A stretch of 64,000 bases of DNA, taken from sequence record SRR22947725_670; one strand, written 5' to 3'. The notes under the pieces are model-generated. The model was not told where the DNA came from, did no database searches, and saw only the letters and a list, made by a program, of their open reading frames with translations. Of the stretch, positions 47,266-57,127 are shown in pieces. Position 1 is the first letter of the stretch. Each line of letters opens with the position of its first letter. The position numbers and the translations under genes were made by a program.

Positions 47266-48204
47266 GTGGCTAAACGAAACGATGAAACCAATCTGGTCGC
47301 TATCGCTTTGGACGACCACATGGCGTATGCCTTTTTCGTGCTTGTGCATTCTCTTGTCACCACGGCACAGGCTCCCCTCCATCTGATTATTGGACATTTC
47401 AGCGGCCGCCTCTCGACACACAACATCCAGGTGATGGAAAGGTTCCTTGCTTCGCACAAGCTAAGCTATGAAATACGCGAATTAACCCCCCATCCGCTTT
47501 TCACAGAGCGACGCCACCTCACGATCACAACTTTTTCCAAGTTCGTCATTTCTGATGCGGTGGCTAGCGCCCACCTCTGGATCGATTTAGACACTGTCGC
47601 TGAAAGAGGGTGGGACGATATTTTTAGCGCTATTCATGGGGCTGCTGCTGGGGTTCCCCTTGTTGTAGCGGCAAAAATTGAGAGCCCCCACACTCGCTTT
47701 GAGGGTTTCAATGCTGGCGTTCTGGGGTGGACACGGGAGAAAAGGAAGCCCTGGATTGACGCTCTCCAAAGCTTGCCGGAAAAGCGTTTTAGTTCTGAAC
47801 AGTACCTGTTCAACACCCTCTACAGCGACAACAACGACGTCGTTGACAGCCGCTTCAATTTTCTTTCCAGCTGGCATGCCCATTCGATGGAAAGAAACCA
47901 GGCCAGCATTATTCATTACTCAGGCCCCATCAAACCGTGGCACCTGCCCCGTCGCCACAGAAAAGCCTGGCTCACCATTAACCCGACCTGGGAATCCTGG
48001 TTTGAAGCGGAGGAGCTTCTGCACTCGTCGCTCCCGCCATCACTGTCACAGGAACTACGTCCCTTGGCGAGACGGGCTCTTACGAGCGGCCGGCTCCACA
48101 CCGGTAAGGGAGCCCTTGCCGGTTGGTTTATGAGGTTCCTTGCCTATGGCGGAGCTCTCGGAGACCCACTCGTTTACTTCTTGAAATCCCGGTCTCAACG
48201 ATGA
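47266..48204 (+). CDS. GT8-like glycosyltransferase (paralog of the upstream gene)
   Basis: IDLD, FNAGV, EQYLFN and IHYSGPIKPW motifs. Confidence 0.8.
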   Translation: MAKRNDETNLVAIALDDHMAYAFFVLVHSLVTTAQAPLHLIIGHFSGRLSTHNIQVMERFLASHKLSYEIRELTPHPLFTERRHLTITTFSKFVISDAVASAHLWIDLDTVAERGWDDIFSAIHGAAAGVPLVVAAKIESPHTRFEGFNAGVLGWTREKRKPWIDALQSLPEKRFSSEQYLFNTLYSDNNDVVDSRFNFLSSWHAHSMERNQASIIHYSGPIKPWHLPRRHRKAWLTINPTWESWFEAEELLHSSLPPSLSQELRPLARRALTSGRLHTGKGALAGWFMRFLAYGGALGDPLVYFLKSRSQR

Positions 48205-49640
48205 CCACGGTCAGCATCATCCACTACACCGGGGCAACGGCGAGAACCCAGTCGGTCCTGGTTTCTCTCGCAACGGACGCATCTCGTGCGGGTGCTGATG
48301 TCACCGTGATTGATATTGGCCAAACAACAGTCATCCGCCAAGGGTTCCCGCCGACCAAACTTGTGAAGGCTCTCGGCCACACTGTCTTTGATCAAGCTTT
48401 TTCACTGATTCTTCAACAATCTGGGCTTCGGCTTGTGGGTCTTCCCTTTAGTGACAGAGCCGTAACAATTACCCAGCGCGATCGCAAGGCTCTCGATCAG
48501 GCGCTCGAATCGGAACTCTTGACGTACTTTCGGTTAGACCATATCCCTGACAGTCGAGAAGCCCGGGGGCTTGAATCCGCGCTTCGCAAAGCGATGTGCG
48601 ACACCTACGATTCACTCTTCGCTCTGTGGTCGAAGACTCCGCCAGACAGGGTGATAATTCCCAACGGACGAACCTCACGGCAAAAGGCAGCAAGACTTGT
48701 TGCCGAGCGCTTAGGGCTCGAGGTTTTGCTGTATGAAAACGGCCGGGCCACCCCCAGCTCCTACTATCTCGGCACAACCCAACCCCACGATCGAATTGCC
48801 TCCCAAGAGGAAATTCTTGGGGGTTTCCCTCTCCCGAAAGGTCGCGCACTCAAGGCAAAGGCAGAGACTTGGCTTGCTGACCGGATGGCAATTAATGGCG
48901 GGACCAACGATTTTTCCCGGGGGTGGGAATCCCCATCCCTCGAAGGTAGTTCCACCTCGGACACTCCCACTGCGGTTTTTTTCGCGTCATCCTTCGACGA
49001 GTTTCGAGCGTTTGGGCCAATGTGGTCGATCGATAACTGGGGAAGTCAGTTCGAGGCTTTCGACCTGATGATGAACATCCTCGAAGAGAAAGGTGTCAAT
49101 CTCGTCCTTCGCCTTCATCCCAACCTTGGATCAAAAAGCCGGAGGTATTTTCTGCGCGAAACCCAAGAGGTATTGGCCCTCCAAGCCAAACATCCTGGTT
49201 TGACCATTCATTGGCACAACCAGCCAGCTAATTCTTACGACCTCATTCGGAAGGCCACGTATGTGATTGTCGAACGCTCCACCATTGGCTTGGAAGCAAG
49301 CGTGATGGGAAAGCCCGTGTGGGTCACCCAGGCAACCCAGTGGGACATGATTGCGGACATCCGACAGGTGCTGAAGCCCGCAGATATCACCCCCACCACC
49401 ATGGACCTCTGGAAACCATCGCCTGTAGGGGCACAGAAGTTCGTGAGTTATTGGATGGCGCAGGAACACCCTCTCCACCGCGACTGGCAGTCTTGGGCCA
49501 GCTGGAACCCCGAGCACCCACCGATGAGGATGAAGTTGGCGCAGTTGACGATCCGGAATTCTCTCCTCCACAAGTTTCGCTTGTTACGCCTCGAGGTTGC
49601 TAAGTGGCAAAACCATCGCTTTGTTCCCCCTGGCAGATAG
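48201..49640 (+). CDS. Capsule-synthesis-like (KpsS/KpsC-type GT-B) protein, candidate CMP-ulosonate transferase
   Basis: NGR, LVLRLHPN and YVIVERSTIGLEASVMGKPV motifs; ATGA overlap at 48201. Confidence 0.6.
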   Translation: MTTVSIIHYTGATARTQSVLVSLATDASRAGADVTVIDIGQTTVIRQGFPPTKLVKALGHTVFDQAFSLILQQSGLRLVGLPFSDRAVTITQRDRKALDQALESELLTYFRLDHIPDSREARGLESALRKAMCDTYDSLFALWSKTPPDRVIIPNGRTSRQKAARLVAERLGLEVLLYENGRATPSSYYLGTTQPHDRIASQEEILGGFPLPKGRALKAKAETWLADRMAINGGTNDFSRGWESPSLEGSSTSDTPTAVFFASSFDEFRAFGPMWSIDNWGSQFEAFDLMMNILEEKGVNLVLRLHPNLGSKSRRYFLRETQEVLALQAKHPGLTIHWHNQPANSYDLIRKATYVIVERSTIGLEASVMGKPVWVTQATQWDMIADIRQVLKPADITPTTMDLWKPSPVGAQKFVSYWMAQEHPLHRDWQSWASWNPEHPPMRMKLAQLTIRNSLLHKFRLLRLEVAKWQNHRFVPPGR

Positions 49641-49664
49641 TGGAAAACAAGTAGGGTGAAGAAT

Positions 49665-51263
49665 GTGAGCAAGGAAAAAGAAGCCCCCAGTGTGTCGACC
49701 ACAGCGGAGAGAATTGCTGACCTGAAAGCCCGGTACCACGAGGCCGTAACGGCGAGCGAAGAGCTCGCACAGGAAAAGCAACACACCAAAGGCAAGATGA
49801 CTGCCCGCGAGCGCATCGAAGAACTTCTCGACACAGGCTCTTTTGTGGAACTTGATGAATATGCCAGGCACCGCTCGCATGCTTTTGGGATGGAAGCTAA
49901 GCGTCCATACGGAGATTCGGTTGTCACAGGGCTAGGGACCATTCACGGGCGTCAGGTGGCCGTTTTCTCTCAAGACTTCACCGTCTTTGGTGGATCCCTG
50001 GGAGAGGTGGCGGGGGACAAAATCATCAAGGTAATGGACTTCGCCCTCTCTACGAAGGTTCCGCTCATTGGCATCTTGGATTCGGGGGGAGCCAGAATCC
50101 AAGAAGGCGTCATCGCGCTCGGAAAATATGGTGAAATCTTCAAACGCAATACCCAAGCCTCCGGGGTTATCCCCCAGATTTCGATTATCTGTGGGCCCGC
50201 AGCAGGGGGCGCGGTCTACTCTCCAGCTCTCACCGATTTCGTCATCATGGTGGATAAAACCAGTCAAATGTTTGTCACCGGCCCCGACGTCATCAAAGCC
50301 GTCACCGGTGAAGACGTTGGAATGGAAGAGCTTGGTGGGGCGCTCACCCATAACAAAACCTCGGGCGTCTCGCACTACCTCGCCAGTGACGAAACTGATG
50401 CTTTCGACTACGCCAGGGTTTTGCTCTCCTACCTGCCCGATAACTTCGAATCAGGGTCGCCAACTTATGCCTCCGACACCAAAGTGGAAATCACCGATCG
50501 CGACCGTCGTCTCAATGACGTCATTCCCGATAGCCCCTCGGTTCCCTACGACGTCACAAAGGTTATTGAGGGGGTTGTCGACAATGGTTCGTTCCTCGAG
50601 GTTCAACCCCTTTTTGCGCCCAATATTGTCATTGGCTTTGCTCGGGTAGAGGGCAACTCCGTCGGAATTATCGCGAATCAGCCCAACCACATGGCTGGGA
50701 CGCTCAACATCGACGCCGGCGAAAAGGCAGCCCGATTTGTTCGATTCTGTGACGCGTTTGGCATTCCGATCTTGACGATTGTCGATGTTCCTGGCTACCT
50801 GCCCGGCACCGATCAAGAATGGACTGGGGTTATTCGCAGGGGAGCAAAGCTTCTGTACGCCTATGCCGAAGCTAGTGTCCCGCTGATCACCGTGATTACG
50901 CGCAAGGCATATGGTGGCGCTTACATCGTGATGGGCTCGAAGCAGCTTGGCGCAGATTTGAATTTTGCCTGGCCTACGGCCGAAATCGCAGTCATGGGCG
51001 GTCAAGGTGCGGTCAACATTTTGTACCGCGGCGAAATCAAAGAAGCCGAAGCGGCAGGCGAAGACGTCACTGCGGTGCGGGCGCGCCTTGCCAGCGAATA
51101 CACCTACAACGTGGCGAGTCCTTTCTTGGCAGCAGAACGAGGCGAGATTGACAGTGTCATTGAGCCGGCAGCCACCAGAAGCGTGATTGCTAAAGGTTTG
51201 CGCGCACTCAAATCGAAAGCACCGCGCCCACCGGCGGGTAAGCACGGAAACATCCCGCTCTAG
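49665..51263 (+). CDS. pccB: Acyl-CoA carboxylase beta subunit (AccD5/PccB type)
   Basis: [33 protein letters not shown] and KHGNIPL motifs. GTG at 49665 lies 7 nt after TAGGGT. Confidence 0.93.
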   Translation: MSKEKEAPSVSTTAERIADLKARYHEAVTASEELAQEKQHTKGKMTARERIEELLDTGSFVELDEYARHRSHAFGMEAKRPYGDSVVTGLGTIHGRQVAVFSQDFTVFGGSLGEVAGDKIIKVMDFALSTKVPLIGILDSGGARIQEGVIALGKYGEIFKRNTQASGVIPQISIICGPAAGGAVYSPALTDFVIMVDKTSQMFVTGPDVIKAVTGEDVGMEELGGALTHNKTSGVSHYLASDETDAFDYARVLLSYLPDNFESGSPTYASDTKVEITDRDRRLNDVIPDSPSVPYDVTKVIEGVVDNGSFLEVQPLFAPNIVIGFARVEGNSVGIIANQPNHMAGTLNIDAGEKAARFVRFCDAFGIPILTIVDVPGYLPGTDQEWTGVIRRGAKLLYAYAEASVPLITVITRKAYGGAYIVMGSKQLGADLNFAWPTAEIAVMGGQGAVNILYRGEIKEAEAAGEDVTAVRARLASEYTYNVASPFLAAERGEIDSVIEPAATRSVIAKGLRALKSKAPRPPAGKHGNIPL

Positions 51264-51329
51264 CACGGAGTTAGCGGGGGCGGAGGTCTTTGTCCCCACA
51301 GGATTGACCTAAAGCCCTAAACTCTCGAT

Positions 51330-53090
51330 GTGGTAGCGATATCGAAGGTGCTGATTGCCAACCGTGGAGAAATCGCGGTTCGGGTTATCCGGGCGGCTCA
51401 AGACGCGGGAATCAACACAGTTGCCGTCTATGCCGATCAGGATCGCAACGCTAGATTTGCTCGTCTTGCTCACGAGGCATATGCACTCAACGGCAATAGC
51501 TCTGCAGAGACGTACTTAGTGCCCGAAAAAATACTCTCGATTGCCAAGCGGTCCGGCGCGAACGCTATTCACCCGGGCTACGGGTTTCTCTCTGAAAACG
51601 CTGACTTTGCGCAAATGGTGATCGATGCCGGCCTGATCTGGATTGGCCCGCCCCCTGCGGCGATCAGAGCTCTCGGCGACAAGGTTTCTGCACGCCACAT
51701 CGCCCAGAAAGTGAAGGCTCCTCTAGCGCCGGGGACTTCTGACCCCGCATCCAGCGCTGATGAAATACTCGCTTTCGCCAAGGAGCACGGTGTCCCCGTT
51801 GCCATTAAGGCAGCCCACGGTGGTGGTGGTCGAGGCCTCAAGGTTGCCTACACGATGGAAGAAATTCCTGAACAGTTCGAGTCCGCCACGAGAGAGGCGC
51901 TAGCGGCGTTCGGCCGCGGCGAATGCTTCGTGGAAAAGTATCTCGAACAGCCTCGGCATGTGGAAACCCAGTGTCTGGCTGATTCAGCAGGAAACGTGGT
52001 CGTCATCTCAACACGAGATTGCTCGCTTCAGCGGCGCCACCAAAAACTCGTTGAAGAAGCACCAGCTCCATTCTTGACCAAGAAACAGGAGACGCTTCTC
52101 TATAGCTCCTCCAAGGCGATCCTCAAGGAGGCCGGATACATCGGGGCTGGAACCTGCGAGTTTTTGATTGGTAAAGATGGAACCATTTCTTTCCTCGAGG
52201 TCAACACCCGTTTACAAGTCGAACACCCCGTTTCAGAAGAAATCACTGGAATCGATTTGGTTCGCGAACAGTTCCGCATCGCGGAGGGCGGCCTGATCGA
52301 ATACGGGGACCCCACCCATCACGGTCATTCCATCGAATTTCGCGTCAATGGTGAGGATCCCGGTCGAGGTTTCCTCCCCACCCCCGGGCCCATTCACTCG
52401 GTCAGATTCCCTGGGGGTCCTGGAGTGAGGGTTGACTCTGGCATCACGACTGGTGATGTGATCACGGGTGCTTTCGATTCACTCCTTGCGAAGCTGATTG
52501 TGACCGGGGCAACTAGGCAAGATGCGATCGAAAAAGCACGTCGCGCCCTTTCCGAGTTTGAAATCACCGGACTCCCCACCGTGATTCCTTTTCACCGCGC
52601 CATCGTGGAGGACCCCGCCTTCACTGCCTCCGGAAAAGAGGGCTTCTCCGTTCACACGCGGTGGATTGAAACCGAATTCACCACGGACATTGAGCCCTGG
52701 GAAGGTGCTATTGAGGAAGGCTTTGACGCGGAAGACCTTTACCGAACCGTTGTTGTCGAAGTAGAAGGACGTCGGCTCAAAGTCGGTGTGCCCTCAGGCA
52801 TCTTTGCCGCCGGCCAGAGCGCAAGTTTGGGGAAGGCACCAAAGCGAGCGAGTACGCAGCTGGTAGGTGGGTCCTCGGAAGGAACCATCACCTCGCCGAT
52901 GCAGGCCACCGTCGTGAAGGTTATGGTCGAGGTTGGCACGAGCGTTGTTGCGGGAGATATTTTGTGCGTCCTCGAGGCGATGAAGATGGAACAGCCGATT
53001 ATGGCTCCCAAGGATGGGGTTGTTGAGGCCGTAAACATCAGCGTGGGCGACTCGATCTCGGGGGGCCACCTCCTGGTAGTGCTGAACTAG
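51330..53090 (+). CDS. bccA: Acyl-CoA carboxylase alpha subunit (biotin carboxylase + BCCP; AccA3-like)
   Basis: [27 protein letters not shown] and the EAMKM biotinylation motif. Confidence 0.95.
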   Translation: MVAISKVLIANRGEIAVRVIRAAQDAGINTVAVYADQDRNARFARLAHEAYALNGNSSAETYLVPEKILSIAKRSGANAIHPGYGFLSENADFAQMVIDAGLIWIGPPPAAIRALGDKVSARHIAQKVKAPLAPGTSDPASSADEILAFAKEHGVPVAIKAAHGGGGRGLKVAYTMEEIPEQFESATREALAAFGRGECFVEKYLEQPRHVETQCLADSAGNVVVISTRDCSLQRRHQKLVEEAPAPFLTKKQETLLYSSSKAILKEAGYIGAGTCEFLIGKDGTISFLEVNTRLQVEHPVSEEITGIDLVREQFRIAEGGLIEYGDPTHHGHSIEFRVNGEDPGRGFLPTPGPIHSVRFPGGPGVRVDSGITTGDVITGAFDSLLAKLIVTGATRQDAIEKARRALSEFEITGLPTVIPFHRAIVEDPAFTASGKEGFSVHTRWIETEFTTDIEPWEGAIEEGFDAEDLYRTVVVEVEGRRLKVGVPSGIFAAGQSASLGKAPKRASTQLVGGSSEGTITSPMQATVVKVMVEVGTSVVAGDILCVLEAMKMEQPIMAPKDGVVEAVNISVGDSISGGHLLVVLN

Positions 53091-53125
53091 CCACCCGCCT
53101 GCTTTATCCTGGATAGGCTGAAGGG

Positions 53126-53938
53126 ATGAGCTCATCCATGGATCACACCCCTTTTGCCCTCGCCACTGATGCAGCAAAGGTCATCGCCGATCAAACGAGC
53201 ATCTCCCGCCACGACATTGCCCTCACCTTAGGTAGCGGCTGGGCGAAAGCGGCAGACCTCATCGGCGAAACCGTTGCGGAGATCCCCGCGGGAGATGTCC
53301 CCGGTTTTGCCTCATCAGGAGTCCCCGGTCACACGGGGACGATTCGCTCCATCAAGATGGCAAACGGGAAATATGCCCTTGTCATCGGTGCTCGAACCCA
53401 CTTTTATGAAGACAAAGGGGTTCGAGCTGTCGTTCACTCCGTGCGAACTGCCGCGGCATGTGGAGCAAAGATTATGGTGCTGACCAATGGCGCCGGTGGT
53501 ATCAAAGATCACTGGACCCCCGGCACCCCGGTGTTGATTTCTGACCATATTAACCTGACGGCTAGCTCCCCGTTGGAGGGGGCAACTTTCATCGATCTCA
53601 CCGACCTGTATTCCTCCCGGTTGCGTGACATCGCCCACGGAATTGACTCCAGTCTTGACGAGGGTGTCTACGTTCAATTCCGCGGGCCTCACTACGAAAC
53701 TCCCGCCGAGGTTCAGATGGCAAAGGTCATGGGAGGCCACATCGTAGGCATGTCAACAGCCCTGGAGGCTATTGCGGCCAGGGAAGCCGGCATGGAGGTT
53801 TTGGGGCTGTCCCTGATCACCAACCTTGCCGCGGGAATCTCGCCAGAACCCCTGAGCCACAAAGAAGTGATTGAGGCTGGGCAGATAGCTGAGCCGGTGA
53901 TTTCCGCTCTGTTGGCAAAGATTGTTGCCGCGCTGTGA
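53126..53938 (+). CDS. punA: Purine-nucleoside phosphorylase (trimeric type)
   Basis: LGSGW, RTHFYE, GPHYETPAE, VGMST and TNLAAG motifs. Confidence 0.93.
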   Translation: MSSSMDHTPFALATDAAKVIADQTSISRHDIALTLGSGWAKAADLIGETVAEIPAGDVPGFASSGVPGHTGTIRSIKMANGKYALVIGARTHFYEDKGVRAVVHSVRTAAACGAKIMVLTNGAGGIKDHWTPGTPVLISDHINLTASSPLEGATFIDLTDLYSSRLRDIAHGIDSSLDEGVYVQFRGPHYETPAEVQMAKVMGGHIVGMSTALEAIAAREAGMEVLGLSLITNLAAGISPEPLSHKEVIEAGQIAEPVISALLAKIVAAL

Positions 53939-55623
53939 CCAGCCACATGGACACCGTAGTGGCGGCAGCCACCACATGGCACGACCAGGACCCTGACACG
54001 CACACACAAGCTGAACTAGGGGCTCTGCTTGAGAGTCATGCTGGGGGCAATCTCGAAGCAGCTGCGACCCTGTCTGAACTCTTTGATGGCCGCCTCGCTT
54101 TTGGGACTGCAGGAATTCGGGGACCCTTGCAACCAGGACCTCGGGGAATGAATCGCGTGGTCATTGGACAAACCACCGCCGGGCTAGCCCAGTATTTGCT
54201 GGAGCATCGCTCCGCAGAACCAGGAAGAACTCTGCGGGTTGTGGTGGGGTGTGATGCAAGAACCAATTCCGACATCTTCGCAGCAGACACCGCGGCCATC
54301 ATGGCCGGTTACGGCCTGGAGGCCATCGTGCTCCCCGAAAAGCTGCCCACACCTGTTTTGGCTTTTGCCGTGCGCTATCTGAATGCTGACGCGGGTGTGA
54401 TGGTGACGGCAAGTCACAACCCGCCACGGGACAACGGATATAAGGTCTATCTCGGTGGAGCCGACGAGGGTTCACAAATCATCCCCCCGGTTGACAGTGA
54501 CATCGAAAAACTTATCGCCGGCGTTGCCCGCTCGATACGTTGGGCAGACATCCCGCGCTCCCCTGAATCGGTTATTCCCGCCCCGGAGGACATTGTTGCC
54601 CAGTATGTGGCGGCAACGGTTGCTTCTGTGGCACCAGAAGCCCCACACGATCAGCGTTTATCTGTCGTCTATACCGCCATGCATGGGGTGGGGGCTGGCA
54701 CTTTTTTCGAAACGGTGGAAGCCGCCGGATTTCCTGGCGTCCATCCGGTCACAGAGCAAACAGAGCCTGATGCGGCATTTCCCACCGTGGCCTTCCCTAA
54801 CCCGGAAGAAGATGGAGCACTAGATCTCAGTATCGCCAATGCCAAAAAGCATGATGCTGCCCTCATCATCGCCCACGACCCCGATGCAGATCGTCTCTCT
54901 TTGGCTTTGCCTCGCGACGGGGAATACATCCCCCTTACGGGGAACCAGGTCGGCGCCATTCTCGGGTGGCATTGCGCGAAGCGGGCTCACAAAAATGGAG
55001 TCACCGGGACGCTGGCGAACTCTTTGGTGAGCTCGCCTGTGTTGGGAAAGATTGCGAAACACTTTGGACTCGAGCATGAAGAAACTCTGACGGGCTTCAA
55101 ATATGTCTCCCGCGTCCCAGATCTCATCTTCGGTTTCGAAGAGGCTCTTGGTTATCTCGTGACCCCTGATGTTGTTCGCGATAAAGATGGGGTATCTGCA
55201 GGCCTTATGGCGCTGGAGATTGCCTACTCTCTCGCAGCCAAAGAAAACACACTCTGGGATTACTTGGCGACCATCGAAGAGGCCGTAGGAGGGTTCGCCT
55301 CAAGCCAAATCACAATCAAGCTCGGCGACCAAGGGAACAAAACCCCACTCGCGGAACAGCTTCGCAACACCCAGCCGGGCGCCTTCGGGACGCGTGCCAT
55401 CACTCAGGTGGATGATTTCTTGCAGGGAGTCGGAGAATTCCCCAGGGAAGACATCCTTCGCTACTACTTAGAAGACGGCTCCCGCGTGATTATTCGACCC
55501 AGCGGCACCGAACCTAAGCTCAAGATCTACTTGGACACCTCGGGAGACACACGACCTGAGGCAGAAACAGCGCTCAAGGAGTTAGAGAGCGCCCTGCGCT
55601 CTCTCGTCGATTCTCTGTCCTAG
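53935..55623 (+). CDS. Phospho-sugar mutase (PGM/PMM family; possible phosphopentomutase role)
   Basis: FGTAGIRG, TASHNP, DPDADR, FEEALG and RPSGTEPKLK motifs; follows the PNP gene. Confidence 0.92.
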   Translation: MTSHMDTVVAAATTWHDQDPDTHTQAELGALLESHAGGNLEAAATLSELFDGRLAFGTAGIRGPLQPGPRGMNRVVIGQTTAGLAQYLLEHRSAEPGRTLRVVVGCDARTNSDIFAADTAAIMAGYGLEAIVLPEKLPTPVLAFAVRYLNADAGVMVTASHNPPRDNGYKVYLGGADEGSQIIPPVDSDIEKLIAGVARSIRWADIPRSPESVIPAPEDIVAQYVAATVASVAPEAPHDQRLSVVYTAMHGVGAGTFFETVEAAGFPGVHPVTEQTEPDAAFPTVAFPNPEEDGALDLSIANAKKHDAALIIAHDPDADRLSLALPRDGEYIPLTGNQVGAILGWHCAKRAHKNGVTGTLANSLVSSPVLGKIAKHFGLEHEETLTGFKYVSRVPDLIFGFEEALGYLVTPDVVRDKDGVSAGLMALEIAYSLAAKENTLWDYLATIEEAVGGFASSQITIKLGDQGNKTPLAEQLRNTQPGAFGTRAITQVDDFLQGVGEFPREDILRYYLEDGSRVIIRPSGTEPKLKIYLDTSGDTRPEAETALKELESALRSLVDSLS

Positions 55624-56729
55624 CTTGTGTATGCGCCGACGAGGGCATCTACGAGTGCCTCGCGGTCTTCAAAGCGAGCGAATGCGCCACCGGCAGCGTT
55701 GAGCTGAAAGAGAAGAAGGTCCTCCAACCCGTAGCCAAACGCTTCGACCAGGAGAAGCAGTTCTTTGGTGAGCGTGGTGGAGCTCATCAACCTGTTATCG
55801 GTGTTCACTGTCACAGCAAAACCCAGTCGATAGAGCGCGTCAAAGGGGTGCTGGGCCATCTCGGTTCCCCACTGCGCAACGGCACCGGTCTGAAGATTAG
55901 AAGACGGACTCAGCTCCAGCGGAATGCCCCGCTCAAGTACCCACCGGGCCACGTCGCCAAGCCCTGCAACATCAGCATCCCCCGCATCGAGCGCAGCAAT
56001 GTCTTCGGCAATCCGGACACCGTGACCAAGACGCAGCGTTCTCCCATCAACCAGGGCACTACGAATACTCTCCACGCCATCGGCTTCACCGGCGTGAACG
56101 GTGATGGGGAACATGTGATTCGCCAGGTGGGTGAAGGCATCAGCAAACTTGCTGGCGGGGAAACCCGCCTCCGCTCCTGCGATATCGAAGCCCACAGCAC
56201 CTTTATCGCGGTATTTCAGCGCAAGCTCAGCAATCTCCATCCCGCGATCGTTGTGGCGCATGGCGGTGATGAGTTGTCCGACCTGGATGTTCTTACCCGA
56301 GGCTTCTGCCGCGGCGACAGCTGCGTCCAAGCCAGCTTGAACTGCCTCGAGGGCCTGCTCAAGGCTGAGATCCTGTTCGAGGTGTTGTTCCGGGGCCCAG
56401 CGGATTTCACCATAGATCACACCGTCGCTGACAAGGTCCTCCACAAATTCCTTGGCGACCCGGTGAAGCCCTTCCACGCTTTGCATCACACTCAAGGTGA
56501 CATCAAAAGTTTTGAGATATTCCACGAGTGAACCCGAGTCAGCTTGTGTGGCAAACCACTGACCCAACGCTTCGGCAGAGTCGGTGGGAGCCCCGCCAGG
56601 GAGGTCGATTCCAGCCTGCTGCGCCAAATCAAGAATTGTTTCCGGGCGCAGCCCGCCATCCAAATGGTCATGCAAAGAGACTTTGGGGAGTTCCCGAATC
56701 TGTTCCTCAGTCAGGGCCGTAGTGTTCAT
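55620..56729 (-). CDS. add: Adenosine deaminase
   Basis: LHDHLDG, HAGE, RLGHG and NTDNRLMS motifs. Confidence 0.94.
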   Translation of the reverse strand: MNTTALTEEQIRELPKVSLHDHLDGGLRPETILDLAQQAGIDLPGGAPTDSAEALGQWFATQADSGSLVEYLKTFDVTLSVMQSVEGLHRVAKEFVEDLVSDGVIYGEIRWAPEQHLEQDLSLEQALEAVQAGLDAAVAAAEASGKNIQVGQLITAMRHNDRGMEIAELALKYRDKGAVGFDIAGAEAGFPASKFADAFTHLANHMFPITVHAGEADGVESIRSALVDGRTLRLGHGVRIAEDIAALDAGDADVAGLGDVARWVLERGIPLELSPSSNLQTGAVAQWGTEMAQHPFDALYRLGFAVTVNTDNRLMSSTTLTKELLLLVEAFGYGLEDLLLFQLNAAGGAFARFEDREALVDALVGAYTS

Positions 56730-57124
56730 GATGCATACTCCTCAAGTTGTCGTGGCCCAAAAGCATCGGGCAATACTTCGTCAATTGTTTTCATTCCACT
56801 CACCGTTTCGAGCACCATGCCCGGGCTCGAGTGTTCATACAAGAGCTGACGGCATCTGCCACACGGCATCAAAATGTCTCCATGGCCATCCACACAGGTG
56901 AAGGCGACCAATTTCCCACCACCAGTCATCGTGAGCTCAGATACCAGCGAACACTCTGCACACAGCCCCACTCCGTAGGAAGCATTTTCGACGTTGCAGC
57001 CAGACACGATTCGACCGTCATCCACCAGAGCCGCAGCCCCTACGGGAAAATTCGAATAGGGCGCATACGCCCGCTCCATCGCTGCGTTTGCTGCGTCCCG
57101 GAGTGCTTGCCAATTGATGTCGAT
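56726..57124 (-). CDS. cdd: Cytidine deaminase (homotetrameric type), probable ATC start at 57124
   Basis: AYAPYS, GCNVENASY, CAE and PCGRCRQ motifs. The first in-frame ATG is at 57079, but the frame continues upstream as (I)DINWQALRDAANAA behind an AAGGAG SD. Confidence 0.92.
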   Translation of the reverse strand: MDINWQALRDAANAAMERAYAPYSNFPVGAAALVDDGRIVSGCNVENASYGVGLCAECSLVSELTMTGGGKLVAFTCVDGHGDILMPCGRCRQLLYEHSSPGMVLETVSGMKTIDEVLPDAFGPRQLEEYAS

Positions 57125-57127
57125 GAG

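Noticed and set aside
50451-51299. 282-aa antisense ORF
   Set aside because: Shadow of the conserved carboxyltransferase gene; no recognisable motifs.
51289-51300. TTTGTCCCCACA as a DnaA box or operator
   Set aside because: Does not match TTGTCCACA, is a single copy and is only weakly palindromic.
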